DNA from: a virus
Lineage: Duplodnaviria; Heunggongvirae; Uroviricota; Caudoviricetes
Reading direction: 5' to 3' (one strand)
IMG/VR virus record: IMGVR_UViG_3300028886_000065
DNA length: 64,000 bases
This document shows, one piece after another, positions 1-10,938 of this stretch. Made by a program: the position numbers and the translations under genes. The notes below the pieces were generated by a model. That model searched no databases. It had not been told where the DNA came from and worked only from the letters and a program-made list of their open reading frames with translations. Positions within the stretch are counted from its first letter, which is position 1, and each line of letters begins with the position of its first letter.

Positions 1-1348
1 AACGCTGACTGATAGTCTGCATGGTGCGGTCGGCTGTCAATGTTTGTGTCGTTACATCGTCAACGGCAATCACAATCGTACTCGTAAGGGAATCTTCGTT
101 CCATGCTGCAAGGTCAAACGTCAATTCCTCAAACTGGTTCACAGCAAGAGGCAAGGCGGTAGAACCGTATGCGTAAGTCAACGGCATATCGGACAACTGA
201 CTGACATCGGTATTCAGTCGAAGACCAAGATAGGGAGTCGTTGAACCTGCCTTCAATACGTCAACGCTGACGGCATTACTCAACAATCCGGCACTCTCGG
301 CGATTAACTGCACGTTGTGCCGTCCGGCGGCAAGGTTGCTCGCCGTGAGATAGACGTAGTTACGACCTGTGCCACTGATGGTTTCAGTAGCGTCAAGAAC
401 GCCGTCAACCCATATACGCAACGTTGTACCTGTAGGAACGGTGTAGGTGTAGGGAATAGCGATTTGACCTGCGGCATTGGTATAACCATTGCTCAACGAA
501 AGTTGTGATGCAGGGTCAAATGTCGTTGCCAAATCCATCGTTATGACGGTAATAGACTTCGAGCCACGACTTGTCTTAGTCTCTTCGTCAATAGGAGTCG
601 ATGCAACGACGCTGACACTAACAGTACCTGCCTGGTTGATAATGTCGGGGCTTAACGTCAGTGTGTTCGTTGTACCTGGGGCTACCTGTGCGTGAGTCTC
701 GGTATAGACGGTGGTCGTACCAATCTTCACCGTCACGACTACGGTCTGTGCTGGATAGTTCACCCGTTCTGAAGCACCCTCAAACTTTCTGAGACAGTCA
801 TAACCCCATCGGAAGTTAATGCTGTTACCAAGTTTGATACGCGACGCACTCAATAGCTCAGTAGTGATAACGGGCTGGATAATCTCGCCGATTTCCTGCG
901 CTGCGGGAATCATAACCGTCAAATCATCCAGCTTGTCACCAGCTGCATTGAAGAAGAGCAATTCCACCATGGAGCCGTCTTGACTGGTCTCACCCAACTG
1001 AATGTCAGCAATCAGGTTGCTGTTGATGGCATTGACCTGCTGTGCAACTGCTCCAGCTTGTGCCGCATTTGGATTGCTGGCATTGGTAACATCGGTGCTG
1101 ACGGTAGGTATGGTGATACTCACCTTTCCGTTGGCATCCTTAGCAACTTCGCTGTTGTTGACAAGCACACCACCAACTTTGTTGCCAATGTTTGTTTCCA
1201 TCGTAGCCACTTTCGCTTTGATAACACGCTCGACTTCACCGCGCGTCTTACCCCACTCCTTGCCAGCGTTTGGACCACTGGCATAAGTACCACCCCAATC
1301 GTCTTCAAAGTTCTGAATAGGGGTCTCGTCTTTAATCTTTTTTGCCAT
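1..1348 (-). CDS. Phage structural protein, 5'-complete and 3'-truncated by the window edge. Probable tail fibre or Ig-like-repeat fibre protein.
   Basis: Minus ATG at 1348..1346 (MAKKIKDETPIQNFEDDWGG...). The frame stays open to coordinate 1. It is not in the ORF track because it runs off the window. The product is Thr/Val/Ser-rich beta-repeat-like. It lies distal to the fibre genes in the tail operon. Confidence 0.5.
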   Translation of the reverse strand, partial: MAKKIKDETPIQNFEDDWGGTYASGPNAGKEWGKTRGEVERVIKAKVATMETNIGNKVGGVLVNNSEVAKDANGKVSITIPTVSTDVTNASNPNAAQAGAVAQQVNAINSNLIADIQLGETSQDGSMVELLFFNAAGDKLDDLTVMIPAAQEIGEIIQPVITTELLSASRIKLGNSINFRWGYDCLRKFEGASERVNYPAQTVVVTVKIGTTTVYTETHAQVAPGTTNTLTLSPDIINQAGTVSVSVVASTPIDEETKTSRGSKSITVITMDLATTFDPASQLSLSNGYTNAAGQIAIPYTYTVPTGTTLRIWVDGVLDATETISGTGRNYVYLTASNLAAGRHNVQLIAESAGLLSNAVSVDVLKAGSTTPYLGLRLNTDVSQLSDMPLTYAYGSTALPLAVNQFEELTFDLAAWNEDSLTSTIVIAVDDVTTQTLTADRTMQTISQR

Positions 1349-1430
1349 AAAGTTTTGTGTTTATGTTGTGGTTAAAAAAGTTTTATTCTGTGTAGTGTAC
1401 AGAACATTTCGATGCTCTGTTTTAGTTACC

Positions 1431-1530
1431 AAGGATCGTTTCTGAACCATCCCTCACTCCTGAACCAGTCAGAGAGCCTTTCAAGCAGTTCCTTTGCTGC
1501 CATCATAATCCTACGTCTGAAAGTACTCAT
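1431..1530 (-). CDS. Possible 33-aa micro-ORF (MSTFRRRIMMAAKELLERLSDWFRSEGWFRNDPW). Its start overlaps the stop of the upstream gene in an ATGA arrangement.
   Basis: ATG at 1530..1528 overlaps TGA at 1529..1527. It is basic and amphipathic. Too short to be confident. Confidence 0.15.
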
Positions 1531-3272
1531 ACCGTAGCGGCCTCCCATTCCGCATAGATTGCAAGATTGTCAACAATGCTGATCTGGTAGGTATAACCCG
1601 GTTGAGGTTCTAACTCGTAATCATCTGCCCATCTCAAACCAGACGGCAATGTCAGAACGGTTGCAGAATCAGTAGGACACGTAAATTGTATCATGTACTC
1701 ATCATCATACCTCGGATTACCAGCGGCAAAGGTAATTGTCAACTCAGATATAGGAGTGCGCCAAATGTTTTTGACATTTGGATTTATCACAACTTCGTTC
1801 TCCGTCTGTAAGACTATCTTTGTCCTGTTGAAGTCCGCAATGGCCTCGGCTACGTCTTCCTGCGCATCAGAAACAGCTTGACCAAGAGTTTCCTGATACT
1901 CTTCATGCTTCGCAGTAATCTGTGCTTCGATGCCGTCAATGGCAGCTTGGGTGTCATGCTGTCTTTGTTGTTCTGCTGCGGCACGCTGTTGCTCGGCATT
2001 GGCTCGTAAAGTTTCTGCTGCAACACGATCGTTTTCAGAACTGACCCTGCGCTGTTCAGCGGCTACACGTAAACTTTCAGATTCAGAGATAACATCGTCT
2101 TGCTGTAAACGAGACGTTTCTGCACGCTGACGCAATAGCTCATTCTGAACGCGCTCATCCTCTGCTGATGCCCTACGTGTTTCCTGTTGTCTGCGGTAAC
2201 TTTCGTTACTGTTACGGGTTGTCTCGCTCGCTTGACGGGTGTTTTCGTTCAAACGGCGTGTGGATTCGCTCGAAGAACGTTCACCTTCTGCAACCTCTCT
2301 GTCTGATTCGGCTTGGACTCGAAGACTTTCTGCATTGGTAACGTCGGAGATAACTTCTGTCAAACGGCTTTCTCTCCTACCCTCGTTGGTCTCAAATGCG
2401 TCTTGTCTTGCGGCTTCACTTTCACCAAAACTCTCTGTTCTTTGGGCTTCGCTACCAGCAAAGGTCTGTTGACGTTGCAGTTCTGAGGCTGCGAAACTTT
2501 CTTGGCGGGAAGCCTCGGAACGATTAAATGAAGCGGTACGTGAGTTCTCGCTGTCACCAAAGGCGGCGTTTCTTTGCTGTTCGGCAAGTTGTCTGGCTTG
2601 TTCTTGGCGGTCGCGTTCCGATTCATGGATTTGACGTAGCTGCTCGTTGTCACCTCTGGAGGTCTCTGCCAAAACACGCGATTGCTCATGCTCAATGCGC
2701 TCTTGTTCGTGTTCGGCAATTGGGCGAACTTCTTCCATCAATAGTTCGGTCTGTTGAAGAACGTGTTCAGCGCGCTCAACGCTCTCCACAACAATCTGTG
2801 TCGAACTAAGAACTGTGCGAAACTCTGACATCCATTGCTCTTCACTGCCCTCATAGCCATAGTTAACTGCTATCTCGTATGCACTCAATCCGTGGATGCC
2901 TACAACCATGTCAGCAGAGTCCAAGGGAAGTTCGTTGGTGCTCATGTCGGTTGGTATGTCACAACTATGCTCAACAAGTTTGAAGGCAAAGCAGTAGTCG
3001 CAACAAGTCTGATGCGCCACACCTTCGTTCTCAAACAGAGTAAGACTGTAAACACCAGTCTTGTATTGTTCAGAAGCAAAGAATGTGAAGACAATGACGT
3101 TTCCCTCTGTGCCGAAAGTTTCTACCCTCCTGTCGTTACCCCATTGGTCACTTAGGTAAAGGCTCAACTTTCGGCCATCAAGACTGACTTCCTCACCATT
3201 GGTCAAGATTGGCCAACGTATCTGTATCTCGTTGCCAATCCTGAAAGTTCTCATGTTTTCGTTTTTTGCCAT
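1527..3272 (-). CDS. Tail fibre-like protein. It has an N-terminal beta domain, a long coiled-coil with degenerate ~11-aa E/S/R/Q repeats, and a C-terminal domain shared with the next gene.
   Basis: 581 aa. The central part is a run of SExxRxxAE-type repeats. The C-terminus EYMIQFTCP...LPSGLRWADDYELEPQPGYTYQISIVDNLAIYAEWE is paralogous to the C-terminus of 3322..3834. Confidence 0.55.
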   Translation of the reverse strand: MAKNENMRTFRIGNEIQIRWPILTNGEEVSLDGRKLSLYLSDQWGNDRRVETFGTEGNVIVFTFFASEQYKTGVYSLTLFENEGVAHQTCCDYCFAFKLVEHSCDIPTDMSTNELPLDSADMVVGIHGLSAYEIAVNYGYEGSEEQWMSEFRTVLSSTQIVVESVERAEHVLQQTELLMEEVRPIAEHEQERIEHEQSRVLAETSRGDNEQLRQIHESERDRQEQARQLAEQQRNAAFGDSENSRTASFNRSEASRQESFAASELQRQQTFAGSEAQRTESFGESEAARQDAFETNEGRRESRLTEVISDVTNAESLRVQAESDREVAEGERSSSESTRRLNENTRQASETTRNSNESYRRQQETRRASAEDERVQNELLRQRAETSRLQQDDVISESESLRVAAEQRRVSSENDRVAAETLRANAEQQRAAAEQQRQHDTQAAIDGIEAQITAKHEEYQETLGQAVSDAQEDVAEAIADFNRTKIVLQTENEVVINPNVKNIWRTPISELTITFAAGNPRYDDEYMIQFTCPTDSATVLTLPSGLRWADDYELEPQPGYTYQISIVDNLAIYAEWEAATV

Positions 3273-3321
3273 ATCTTTCTTTTATTTTGTTCTGTATGTT
3301 GCGCTTTCTACGCAACCATTA

Positions 3322-3834
3322 TTAGTTCTCCCATCCACTATACACCGCAAGATTGTTTACGATGCTTACTTGATAGGTCATGCCCGCTTCTGGCTCAAGC
3401 ACATCATCATCTGCCCATTTCACACTCGGAGGCAAAGCCAGTGTTGTTCCCGATGCTACGGGGCATGTGAATTGAATCATATACTCGTTGACCTGTCCTG
3501 TTGCACCTGCAACAAAGTCTATTGCCAGAGAGGAAACAACACCCCATACATTCAACACGTTAGGTTTGATGCTCAACGTCGTGTCTGTTTGTTGAACCAT
3601 CTGCATACTTGTTGCCATTGTTTCTGTTCTCACACCACCGATGCAAAGATAACCGTCAGAGTCTATCGTGATGGAGAAACCAGCATTGAGGTAGGCGCGA
3701 AGAAGCTCGGCGGTAATCTTCGTAGCGCTCACTGTGCCATTTTGGTTTGCCGTAATCAGCAGTAGTTGGTCACTGTTCTTGATGGCCGATACCTGACTGA
3801 ATAGGTCTAATACTTCTGCTTGTGTTAATGCCAT
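3322..3834 (-). CDS. Tail fibre or receptor-binding-associated protein sharing its C-terminal domain with the 1527..3272 product.
   Basis: 170 aa. C-terminus NEYMIQFTCPVASGTTLALPPSVKWADDDVLEPEAGMTYQVSIVNNLAVYSGWEN, about 55 percent identical to the neighbouring C-terminus. Confidence 0.5.
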   Translation of the reverse strand: MALTQAEVLDLFSQVSAIKNSDQLLLITANQNGTVSATKITAELLRAYLNAGFSITIDSDGYLCIGGVRTETMATSMQMVQQTDTTLSIKPNVLNVWGVVSSLAIDFVAGATGQVNEYMIQFTCPVASGTTLALPPSVKWADDDVLEPEAGMTYQVSIVNNLAVYSGWEN

Positions 3835-3853
3835 ATCATTATATTTTTTTACT

Positions 3854-6800
3854 TTATCTTATATTACCTTTCTCAAATAGCCAATAGATGTCTTCATACC
3901 CGCCCGTAATCATGAATTGACAAGTTAAACAAGCACATTCATTGGGGGAGAGAACAATACTAACAGGTGATGAAGAAGGAGAGGCTTTTAATCTACCTGT
4001 CAAAGTAATGTTACCAGCACTTGCATTGTAAACAAGTATGGTATTTCCAATGAGGCTACGAACACGCTCCTTGTATGCAGAACTATATGTGGTCACATCT
4101 GGATATATGGATGGAAGCATAATAGATACTGTTTGAAGATTACCTTCAAAGTATAAAAATCCACCAACAAGTTCTAAATCAAGTTCATAAAATCCAAGTT
4201 CATTTGCTACAAGATAATCACTCAAATTCAAGTCTGACAATCTGACTTTCTTCTTGTAAACAAAACCTCTAAACACACCAGACTCGGCATAGACTGTACC
4301 CTTGATATTTGCCTTTAAAGCCGTTAACTCTCCAGTAGAACCATTCAGATGAAGATTCGGATTGTTCTGGCTATCCATTGACGTAGAGATGAGTTGTTGG
4401 GAACTCGCCATGAAACCACCGATATTCGCATTTGTGCCAAAGATGGTGTTAGCGATAATCGTACGTACTATCCCAGCTGACTCCCAATTGTCATCGCCGT
4501 TGGCAGAAGTTGGAGCTGCTGTAACAAGGGCTGTCTGAGAACGGCTCTTCACCAAGAAGCCATACATCACACCACCTATCTCATAATTAACCTTGTCACG
4601 GATAACCATGTCATTCACCTTTCTGTAGATGTAACCTGCATATCCGTATGTCTGATGTGTAGCTATATCTACATCATACATGCCGCAGTCACGGGGAAAT
4701 ACGCCGTCTGACCCATCGGAACCAGAATTTCCGTCAAGGGATTTGGGCAACTCTGATGAGATGGCGCGTTGAACACCATCCACGGTAATCACAAATTCTG
4801 CCCTAACTACAGCGGAGGAAGTGAGAGCGGTTTGAGCTGCGCTATCCGTAGTGCTCACATACACACACATATTATCTCCAGAAGAGAAACTATTTGAAAC
4901 ATTGCCTGTCACGGAACTTGGCATATCGCTTTCTACGCCGGAGGAATTAACACAGACAAGTTTCCCAGAACCACCACCAGTATAAATGGACGCTACATCA
5001 CCTTCCCTGCGATATAATGTTGCATATAATGGCAAACTCTTTGCTTGACCGCTATCGTAGCAACCCAAGACTGATACCTGACAGGAAGGATTTTTCCATT
5101 CAACGAAATATTCAACTGCAGGAGCACCTGTGTCACCATGCTTGATAACTGGAATTTCCTTGAAAGACAGATAACTGTCGGTCAAATTGCTACTACTATT
5201 GCTTATATAAACAACGATTGCGGCGATATCCGAACCTATGGCATGGGAACCTGTGCGGGAAATACTATACATGGAACTTTTGGTGGAAGTTCCATTATAA
5301 AGTAATGACAAAGTACCTGCATGGCTACGGGTATAGACCTGAGAATAACAGGAGAAAGAACTGCGTACACCACCCTTTTCTGTGAAGAATTTCAGAGACA
5401 GATAGAGGTCAACGCTGGCATCGTCACTCAGTATAGACAGGTGGTCACAGGCATCACCATCTTGATACGATTCGATGATATAACTCACACCATCCTCTCC
5501 GTTTGATAGGATATAAACACTTTGGGTGTCGTGAACAATAGACGTGTCAATGACACCGTTTGTGATTCCATATAGAGTAAACTTGACCTCTTTAACACTG
5601 CTGGTCACAGGGACGGCCGTGCCGACATAAGTAGTATAATTAGCATCGCTTGTACCATCTACATAGTATTTACGATACACCAATGACAATTTATGAGTCG
5701 AGAAGGTAGAACCAGGAATGATATAATGATTTTCATCTGATGAATCACATATAACATCGCAAGTAACACTATTAGCACTCAGTGTATTCGTGTTCTTGTC
5801 ATAGACAATTTCACCAACAGATGGGAGCAGTGAATATACATTCGTGTCAGTACTCTTGTTGATAGTATGTACCAACGTGCGCTCGTATGACACACCAGAA
5901 TACAATGCTGTAGTCGTGATATTGAGATTGGTTACAAGTGACAATGAAGCAGGCAAAGAGGCTATTTGAACACGACCAACAACATACGATGAACCATTCT
6001 CTGTGATGGTTACAAGGGAAGTTGTCATGGTGATGTTAACACCATTGACACTCACTGTGATTACTTTTGTTGTTTGTGTGCTGTCTGCACCTGATACACC
6101 ATTGACAGAAATTGCCGTTACATTAAGAGGATCAGCATTGTGCCACATACGCATATTTGTGCTGATAGGTAAACCTACGTAGGCTTGTGTCTTGGTGTTC
6201 CAAGAAACAGAACTAAACATATTATCAAGATGGGCATTGACAAATGGCTGGGAGTCATGCTTGATGCGGATTGGGAAATTCTTCTGAATACTGCCATTAC
6301 CCTCGCAGTCGATGATAATGTCAACACTACAACTATCCATTGCACGCATGGCATCATAGTCAAAGTTTGCATCATCAGGGCTACCCGGAACACCGTCTTT
6401 GATGTTTGTGATACCTGTAATGTATATGGTGGAGTTTTCGATTATACACGTACAGCCATGAGGCTCTGCATAAATCTTATATGTGCCTTCGCCTGCATCT
6501 TCATCGTCTGCAGCTATCGTCAAAAGGGTATCGTTCTTTCTTACGCTGATAGCTGAATGGATGCGGTAGTTTCGGTATTCGCCATTCTGTCCGCTCGCCG
6601 TCCACAAACCACCTATGCAATTCCCAACATCATCGACGGTAATCACATCTACATACCCAGAAAAGTCAATGTTATAGCTCTTCAGCGACTCTTCCAACTC
6701 GGCAAGAGTTTCGGGGTCAAGCTGAACAACGGCATTGCCGAAGTACACATTGTCCTGAACATACAGACCATAACCCTGCAACTGAGCTTCACGACCATTG

Positions 6801-9800
6801 TGCAACTCTACGGTCATATTGCCAAGATACCCCTTGCGGTAAACGACATTGGCAGACTGAATCTTCCAAGTGCTAACACCGTCCAATACCATTTCATAGT
6901 AGTGACCGATGCTTGTGGCGTAGGAACTACTGCGACGGTTGGCGTTGGTGAATGAACCGTATTGGGCAAACTTCATAAACACGCAGGGATGCGGGGTATT
7001 CGTGTTGCGCAACTCATACTGGAACTTACACTCACCACGTCTGTTGACTACCATGGCCTTTACCCAGAAGTATGACGTGAAGAAACCTGCCTTCGATGAG
7101 AAACCAAAACCGTCGCCCTCGCTCTGACTTGCATAAAGCGGGCTGTCATCATCAAGGCTTGCGGTCTCAAACTCGTTGGCTATGTCGTTGTAGATTCCAC
7201 GGCATATATCACCAACTGCTATACTCGCGTAGTCATTCTCTTCAAGCTTCAAGGTGATGTAACCTGTGGTTGCATCGGTAATCTCAACCTCCTGAATAGT
7301 TCCGTAGCCATTCGTACACCACTGCTCGCCATCGGTAACTGCAATCCTATTAAAGCGAAACTCTGGAGTTGAGATGAAGTTTCGGGTGTAGATGCTTTCA
7401 AACTCTGCGTTTCCTTCTTCGTCGATGAGAGCACCACTGCCTAACAGTCGGGAATTGAAGTTTCCTACTCTTAGACCTTTCTTGAACTTTGACACGGCTT
7501 GGTGCGTAACAACGTCATTAAAGGTAATCTTGCCCTCAGCAACATCATCTTGCTTCTTTGAGAGGAAGAGTTTGCCGCCCTCACTCTGGAGAATACTCAG
7601 CAAGGCAGCAGCGTTAGCACCTGTTCCAACACCGCCACTACCACTACTAAATAGACTGCCGTTATAAATGCGGTCTATGCTGGTGGTTAGTTTCTGTAAA
7701 GTTGTTTGTTGAACATCGTCGTTCAAGGTCATCTCAACCTTCGGAGTCAAACCATCACCCATACTGATCGTGACCTGCTTAATAGTAAGGTCGGCCAAGG
7801 GTAATGGGTCATTCGCACTGGATGGAATACCTCGGAAGGTAAACTTTAAACCTGCATACAAACGCCAGAAAATACTCTTCTCTGGAGTACCTGCTTCAAC
7901 CATCTTGTCATAGTTGCGTTGCAGGTATATATCATCTATATAGGGTTGATATGTGAACTGCGTCTCGCTGTTGTCGGAAAGATAGTCGCTCGCGGCACGC
8001 AACAAACGCACCTCAGCCATCTGAACGTATGCATCGGGCATCTGGATTCCCAATAGCACAAAGTGGTCGCCTGCGGCAATTGGATCTGTCTGACTCGGAT
8101 AGTAAGTACCCAAGCTGCTGTCTTCGGCACGTTTCAGAGTCAGCATATATCCTTTCTTATTACCATAAGTAACCTTCTCCACGTCTTCCAATATCTCAAA
8201 CTCCCTACCGACACAACTGCCACTCTTCATAGCAAGAACAGGAGTATCGTCGCTCCAACAAGCATCAAAATCAAATCCCATGTCCTGAACAAAGACATGG
8301 AAACGGTCAACAATGTTGTTGGAATCATCTACGGGGAACCATGTTATTTCAGGTTCGTTGGTAACATCATGGTTCAGGCGGGAGTTGCCAAGCTGATAGA
8401 CAATGGCAAAATTATCAGTGAATCCGCTTGGGACGGTGATATTACGGAGAACTGGAGCGAAAGTGATGGTGATGTCAGACAATGCGGTGACACGTATCTC
8501 ACTTACATTCTGCGTGGCATTGACATCACCGGGAATGGCAGGAATCTCGACCTCCTTGATGCCGTCTGCACGCGCGATGCTGACATAATAGGACTCATAG
8601 TTTGCAATTGTCGTTTCTGAGCCTGTCAGAACATTCTTCTGCTTTACTTTGATGATATAGCCCACATAACAGCTACAACCGTCACGGTGACAGGAGAGTT
8701 GAAACCCATAAATAACCGCACCCATCGTTGGTGATAGTCCGTATTTACCAGGCATGACACCTTTCTGTGTAAACAAGGTGCGTTCAGGGGCAACAAACAT
8801 ATTGCCAATATTATTGAAACTGCCGTAGGTGCTGGTGTTGTAGTAGAGACAGGTAGAACCGATGCTTGCTGAAAATGGAACACCCTTCGATGAGATTCCG
8901 CTTTCCGGCAAAATGCCGTCCCCTTGGTTGGCATCGTCAACAAGGGTGTTGCCGTCATTATAACCCACAGCAAGCAGTTTGTCGATGCGCTCATCATTGC
9001 CGTAGTTTGGGAATGAACCGTTTCCAGTATTGCCGTCTTGGTCTGCGACTGATGCACCACGTAAATCACCAAAAGTAGCCTCTTCGATAGTGGGGTAGAT
9101 TTCTGGTAGGTCACTGTTGCTGCCATCCCAACGAGCACTATCTTCTCTGATTCCATCTGAGCATGTATCAGCATCGTCGTTCTTGTCAATATATGCGTCG
9201 TTGGTGTCACCTTTGACATGACGAATATATGGAAGATTGGTAAGGGCATTGATGCCATACAACGTGTCTCGCGTGGCATTGTGAGTGTTCTTGACGGATG
9301 GCGTGGAAAATGTGTCTGGAAGCTGAAGATTGGTTGGAAACAACGTCTGAGGAAGGTTATACTTCCTATTGTAATAACGATAAGGCAAATTCTTCGTTGA
9401 TCCCAATGCCCTCAGACGTGTAACAATCTTCTGCTGGCTGTTGGCAATGCGCTTAATCTGAAACAATGCCTTGCCAGAGTCTTCGCGAGTTGGATAACCC
9501 TTACCATAACCAAAAACGAAAGTTTCATTGTCGTTGTCGCTCGTTAGGTTCTTGAGGTTATAACCGATATAGATGTTTCTACCTCTGATGCAATAGTCAA
9601 GGTCAAAGGTGTTGTGAACTTCTGCCAATGCCTGTGCAATGGTGTTTTTGTCAAAGCTCAAAACTTTATCCTCGGTATGAGTAACAAGAACGGTTCTGCC
9701 ACTGGCATTGACGTATGTAGAAGTAGTGTCAACGAATATCTTCCAGACATTAGTAGTGAAAGCACGGTCAAGGTTGGCTTGTATCTTGGCGGCAAGCGCG

Positions 9801-10231
9801 CAGACAGCCGTCAAAGTATCACCATTGGCAATGGTCTCGCCACAGAACAGCTGGAACTTACTGCTACCAGTGTAGTTCGTCCCCAAAGCAGCTACATAGT
9901 CGCCTGTAGTTGGAGTGATGTCAAGCATGATAATACGGGTCAGCTCTTCCTGATAACCCTCAAACTTCACACTTTCATACGTATAGGCATCTAAACGGTC
10001 GTTGGTACGGCCTTTCTGAGTAACGCTCGGAACATAGTTCAAAGTGAAGGTCTCGCCACGGAACACACAATAGTCACCTATCGCCCAAGGAATAGGTCTT
10101 TCGGAAGTGACGGTAAAAGTGATGAACTGTTCGCCCATCATCGAGTCTTGAAACTTCCACTTGTCTACTGTGCATCGAAGTTTCGCTTCGCTGTTCTCAT
10201 CATAGTATATCGGGAGTGCTATCTTGCTCAT
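3854..10231 (-). CDS. Giant tail protein (2125 aa). Probable tail-associated Tal/gpJ-like host-specificity or central tail-hub protein with multiple beta-rich, Ig-like segments.
   Basis: Single uninterrupted 6.4-kb ORF immediately downstream of the Dit-like gene in the tape-measure operon. It is Thr/Ser/Gly/Asn-rich, typical of siphovirus distal tail and adhesin proteins. Confidence 0.6.
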   Translation of the reverse strand: MSKIALPIYYDENSEAKLRCTVDKWKFQDSMMGEQFITFTVTSERPIPWAIGDYCVFRGETFTLNYVPSVTQKGRTNDRLDAYTYESVKFEGYQEELTRIIMLDITPTTGDYVAALGTNYTGSSKFQLFCGETIANGDTLTAVCALAAKIQANLDRAFTTNVWKIFVDTTSTYVNASGRTVLVTHTEDKVLSFDKNTIAQALAEVHNTFDLDYCIRGRNIYIGYNLKNLTSDNDNETFVFGYGKGYPTREDSGKALFQIKRIANSQQKIVTRLRALGSTKNLPYRYYNRKYNLPQTLFPTNLQLPDTFSTPSVKNTHNATRDTLYGINALTNLPYIRHVKGDTNDAYIDKNDDADTCSDGIREDSARWDGSNSDLPEIYPTIEEATFGDLRGASVADQDGNTGNGSFPNYGNDERIDKLLAVGYNDGNTLVDDANQGDGILPESGISSKGVPFSASIGSTCLYYNTSTYGSFNNIGNMFVAPERTLFTQKGVMPGKYGLSPTMGAVIYGFQLSCHRDGCSCYVGYIIKVKQKNVLTGSETTIANYESYYVSIARADGIKEVEIPAIPGDVNATQNVSEIRVTALSDITITFAPVLRNITVPSGFTDNFAIVYQLGNSRLNHDVTNEPEITWFPVDDSNNIVDRFHVFVQDMGFDFDACWSDDTPVLAMKSGSCVGREFEILEDVEKVTYGNKKGYMLTLKRAEDSSLGTYYPSQTDPIAAGDHFVLLGIQMPDAYVQMAEVRLLRAASDYLSDNSETQFTYQPYIDDIYLQRNYDKMVEAGTPEKSIFWRLYAGLKFTFRGIPSSANDPLPLADLTIKQVTISMGDGLTPKVEMTLNDDVQQTTLQKLTTSIDRIYNGSLFSSGSGGVGTGANAAALLSILQSEGGKLFLSKKQDDVAEGKITFNDVVTHQAVSKFKKGLRVGNFNSRLLGSGALIDEEGNAEFESIYTRNFISTPEFRFNRIAVTDGEQWCTNGYGTIQEVEITDATTGYITLKLEENDYASIAVGDICRGIYNDIANEFETASLDDDSPLYASQSEGDGFGFSSKAGFFTSYFWVKAMVVNRRGECKFQYELRNTNTPHPCVFMKFAQYGSFTNANRRSSSYATSIGHYYEMVLDGVSTWKIQSANVVYRKGYLGNMTVELHNGREAQLQGYGLYVQDNVYFGNAVVQLDPETLAELEESLKSYNIDFSGYVDVITVDDVGNCIGGLWTASGQNGEYRNYRIHSAISVRKNDTLLTIAADDEDAGEGTYKIYAEPHGCTCIIENSTIYITGITNIKDGVPGSPDDANFDYDAMRAMDSCSVDIIIDCEGNGSIQKNFPIRIKHDSQPFVNAHLDNMFSSVSWNTKTQAYVGLPISTNMRMWHNADPLNVTAISVNGVSGADSTQTTKVITVSVNGVNITMTTSLVTITENGSSYVVGRVQIASLPASLSLVTNLNITTTALYSGVSYERTLVHTINKSTDTNVYSLLPSVGEIVYDKNTNTLSANSVTCDVICDSSDENHYIIPGSTFSTHKLSLVYRKYYVDGTSDANYTTYVGTAVPVTSSVKEVKFTLYGITNGVIDTSIVHDTQSVYILSNGEDGVSYIIESYQDGDACDHLSILSDDASVDLYLSLKFFTEKGGVRSSFSCYSQVYTRSHAGTLSLLYNGTSTKSSMYSISRTGSHAIGSDIAAIVVYISNSSSNLTDSYLSFKEIPVIKHGDTGAPAVEYFVEWKNPSCQVSVLGCYDSGQAKSLPLYATLYRREGDVASIYTGGGSGKLVCVNSSGVESDMPSSVTGNVSNSFSSGDNMCVYVSTTDSAAQTALTSSAVVRAEFVITVDGVQRAISSELPKSLDGNSGSDGSDGVFPRDCGMYDVDIATHQTYGYAGYIYRKVNDMVIRDKVNYEIGGVMYGFLVKSRSQTALVTAAPTSANGDDNWESAGIVRTIIANTIFGTNANIGGFMASSQQLISTSMDSQNNPNLHLNGSTGELTALKANIKGTVYAESGVFRGFVYKKKVRLSDLNLSDYLVANELGFYELDLELVGGFLYFEGNLQTVSIMLPSIYPDVTTYSSAYKERVRSLIGNTILVYNASAGNITLTGRLKASPSSSPVSIVLSPNECACLTCQFMITGGYEDIYWLFEKGNIR

Positions 10232-10233
10232 CC

Positions 10234-10773
10234 TTACGAAAAGTTTAAGTTGGTTACTTTGGTGACACCGCTATAAATGCCTGTGACGGGAGTTACATCG
10301 GTAACGGGGTCATAGACGGTGAACTTGATCTTGAACTTGGCAATAGCGTCGGGGTCGCTATCCGTGAGGTAGAATATCTCATTATTGACCTCTGAAACTA
10401 CTACGTCTTTCCTGCCAATACCCGTGTATTCGTTGTAGATGGCAAGACGGCTACCTACGGCTCCTGAATTACGACCATAAAGATAGTCGATGAAAGAAGA
10501 TATATCACTGCGAATGTTTGCCATTGTTCCGACATACAGAAACTCCACGTCAATGTCATAATGCTTCACTGGTAAAGTGGTTGGAACATAGACATCAAGA
10601 CCATCTTCGCCTGCCCAATCGCGGGTAGGCAATTCTTTCGGCTTCGGATTCTTCATGAAAGGAAAGTCTTGACAGATGATATTGTACGTTTCAAACAAAT
10701 CAACAACACTGCCTTTCGTGTAAGACGTGCCGTCAAAACTTAGCTGCATAACGTAGGTGTTGTATATGGTCAT
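10234..10773 (-). CDS. Distal tail protein (Dit-like) or minor tail protein.
   Basis: 179 aa. It sits between the tape-measure gene and the Tal-like giant gene. The stop is 2 nt before the next start. Confidence 0.4.
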   Translation of the reverse strand: MTIYNTYVMQLSFDGTSYTKGSVVDLFETYNIICQDFPFMKNPKPKELPTRDWAGEDGLDVYVPTTLPVKHYDIDVEFLYVGTMANIRSDISSFIDYLYGRNSGAVGSRLAIYNEYTGIGRKDVVVSEVNNEIFYLTDSDPDAIAKFKIKFTVYDPVTDVTPVTGIYSGVTKVTNLNFS

Positions 10774-10865
10774 TTTGTAATAATTTTTTCTGCAAAGGTA
10801 TTTACGAATGCGGGTAGATTACAGCATAGTAAATGGAAATCTTTGTCAATCGGAATGATTTGACT

Positions 10866-10896
10866 TGTTTATAGTTTTGATATTGCTTATAAAACA
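10866..10896 (+). promoter_or_regulatory. Bacteroidota-type promoter for the plus-strand moron: TTTG (-33-like) followed by TActTTTG (TAnnTTTG -7 motif).
   Basis: Sequence gttTTGatattgcttataaaacataTActTTTGcg lies about 45 nt upstream of the ATG at 10939. Confidence 0.35.
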
Positions 10897-10938
10897 TATA
10901 CTTTTGCGCTCAAAAAATGCACTTCGTGGTTTACCGCG

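Noticed and set aside
8644-9279. Minus-strand 211-aa ORF and several plus and minus ORFs overlapping the 2125-aa tail gene and the tape-measure gene
   Set aside because: All are in alternative frames of very long, well-supported genes and have biased composition. They are not independent genes.
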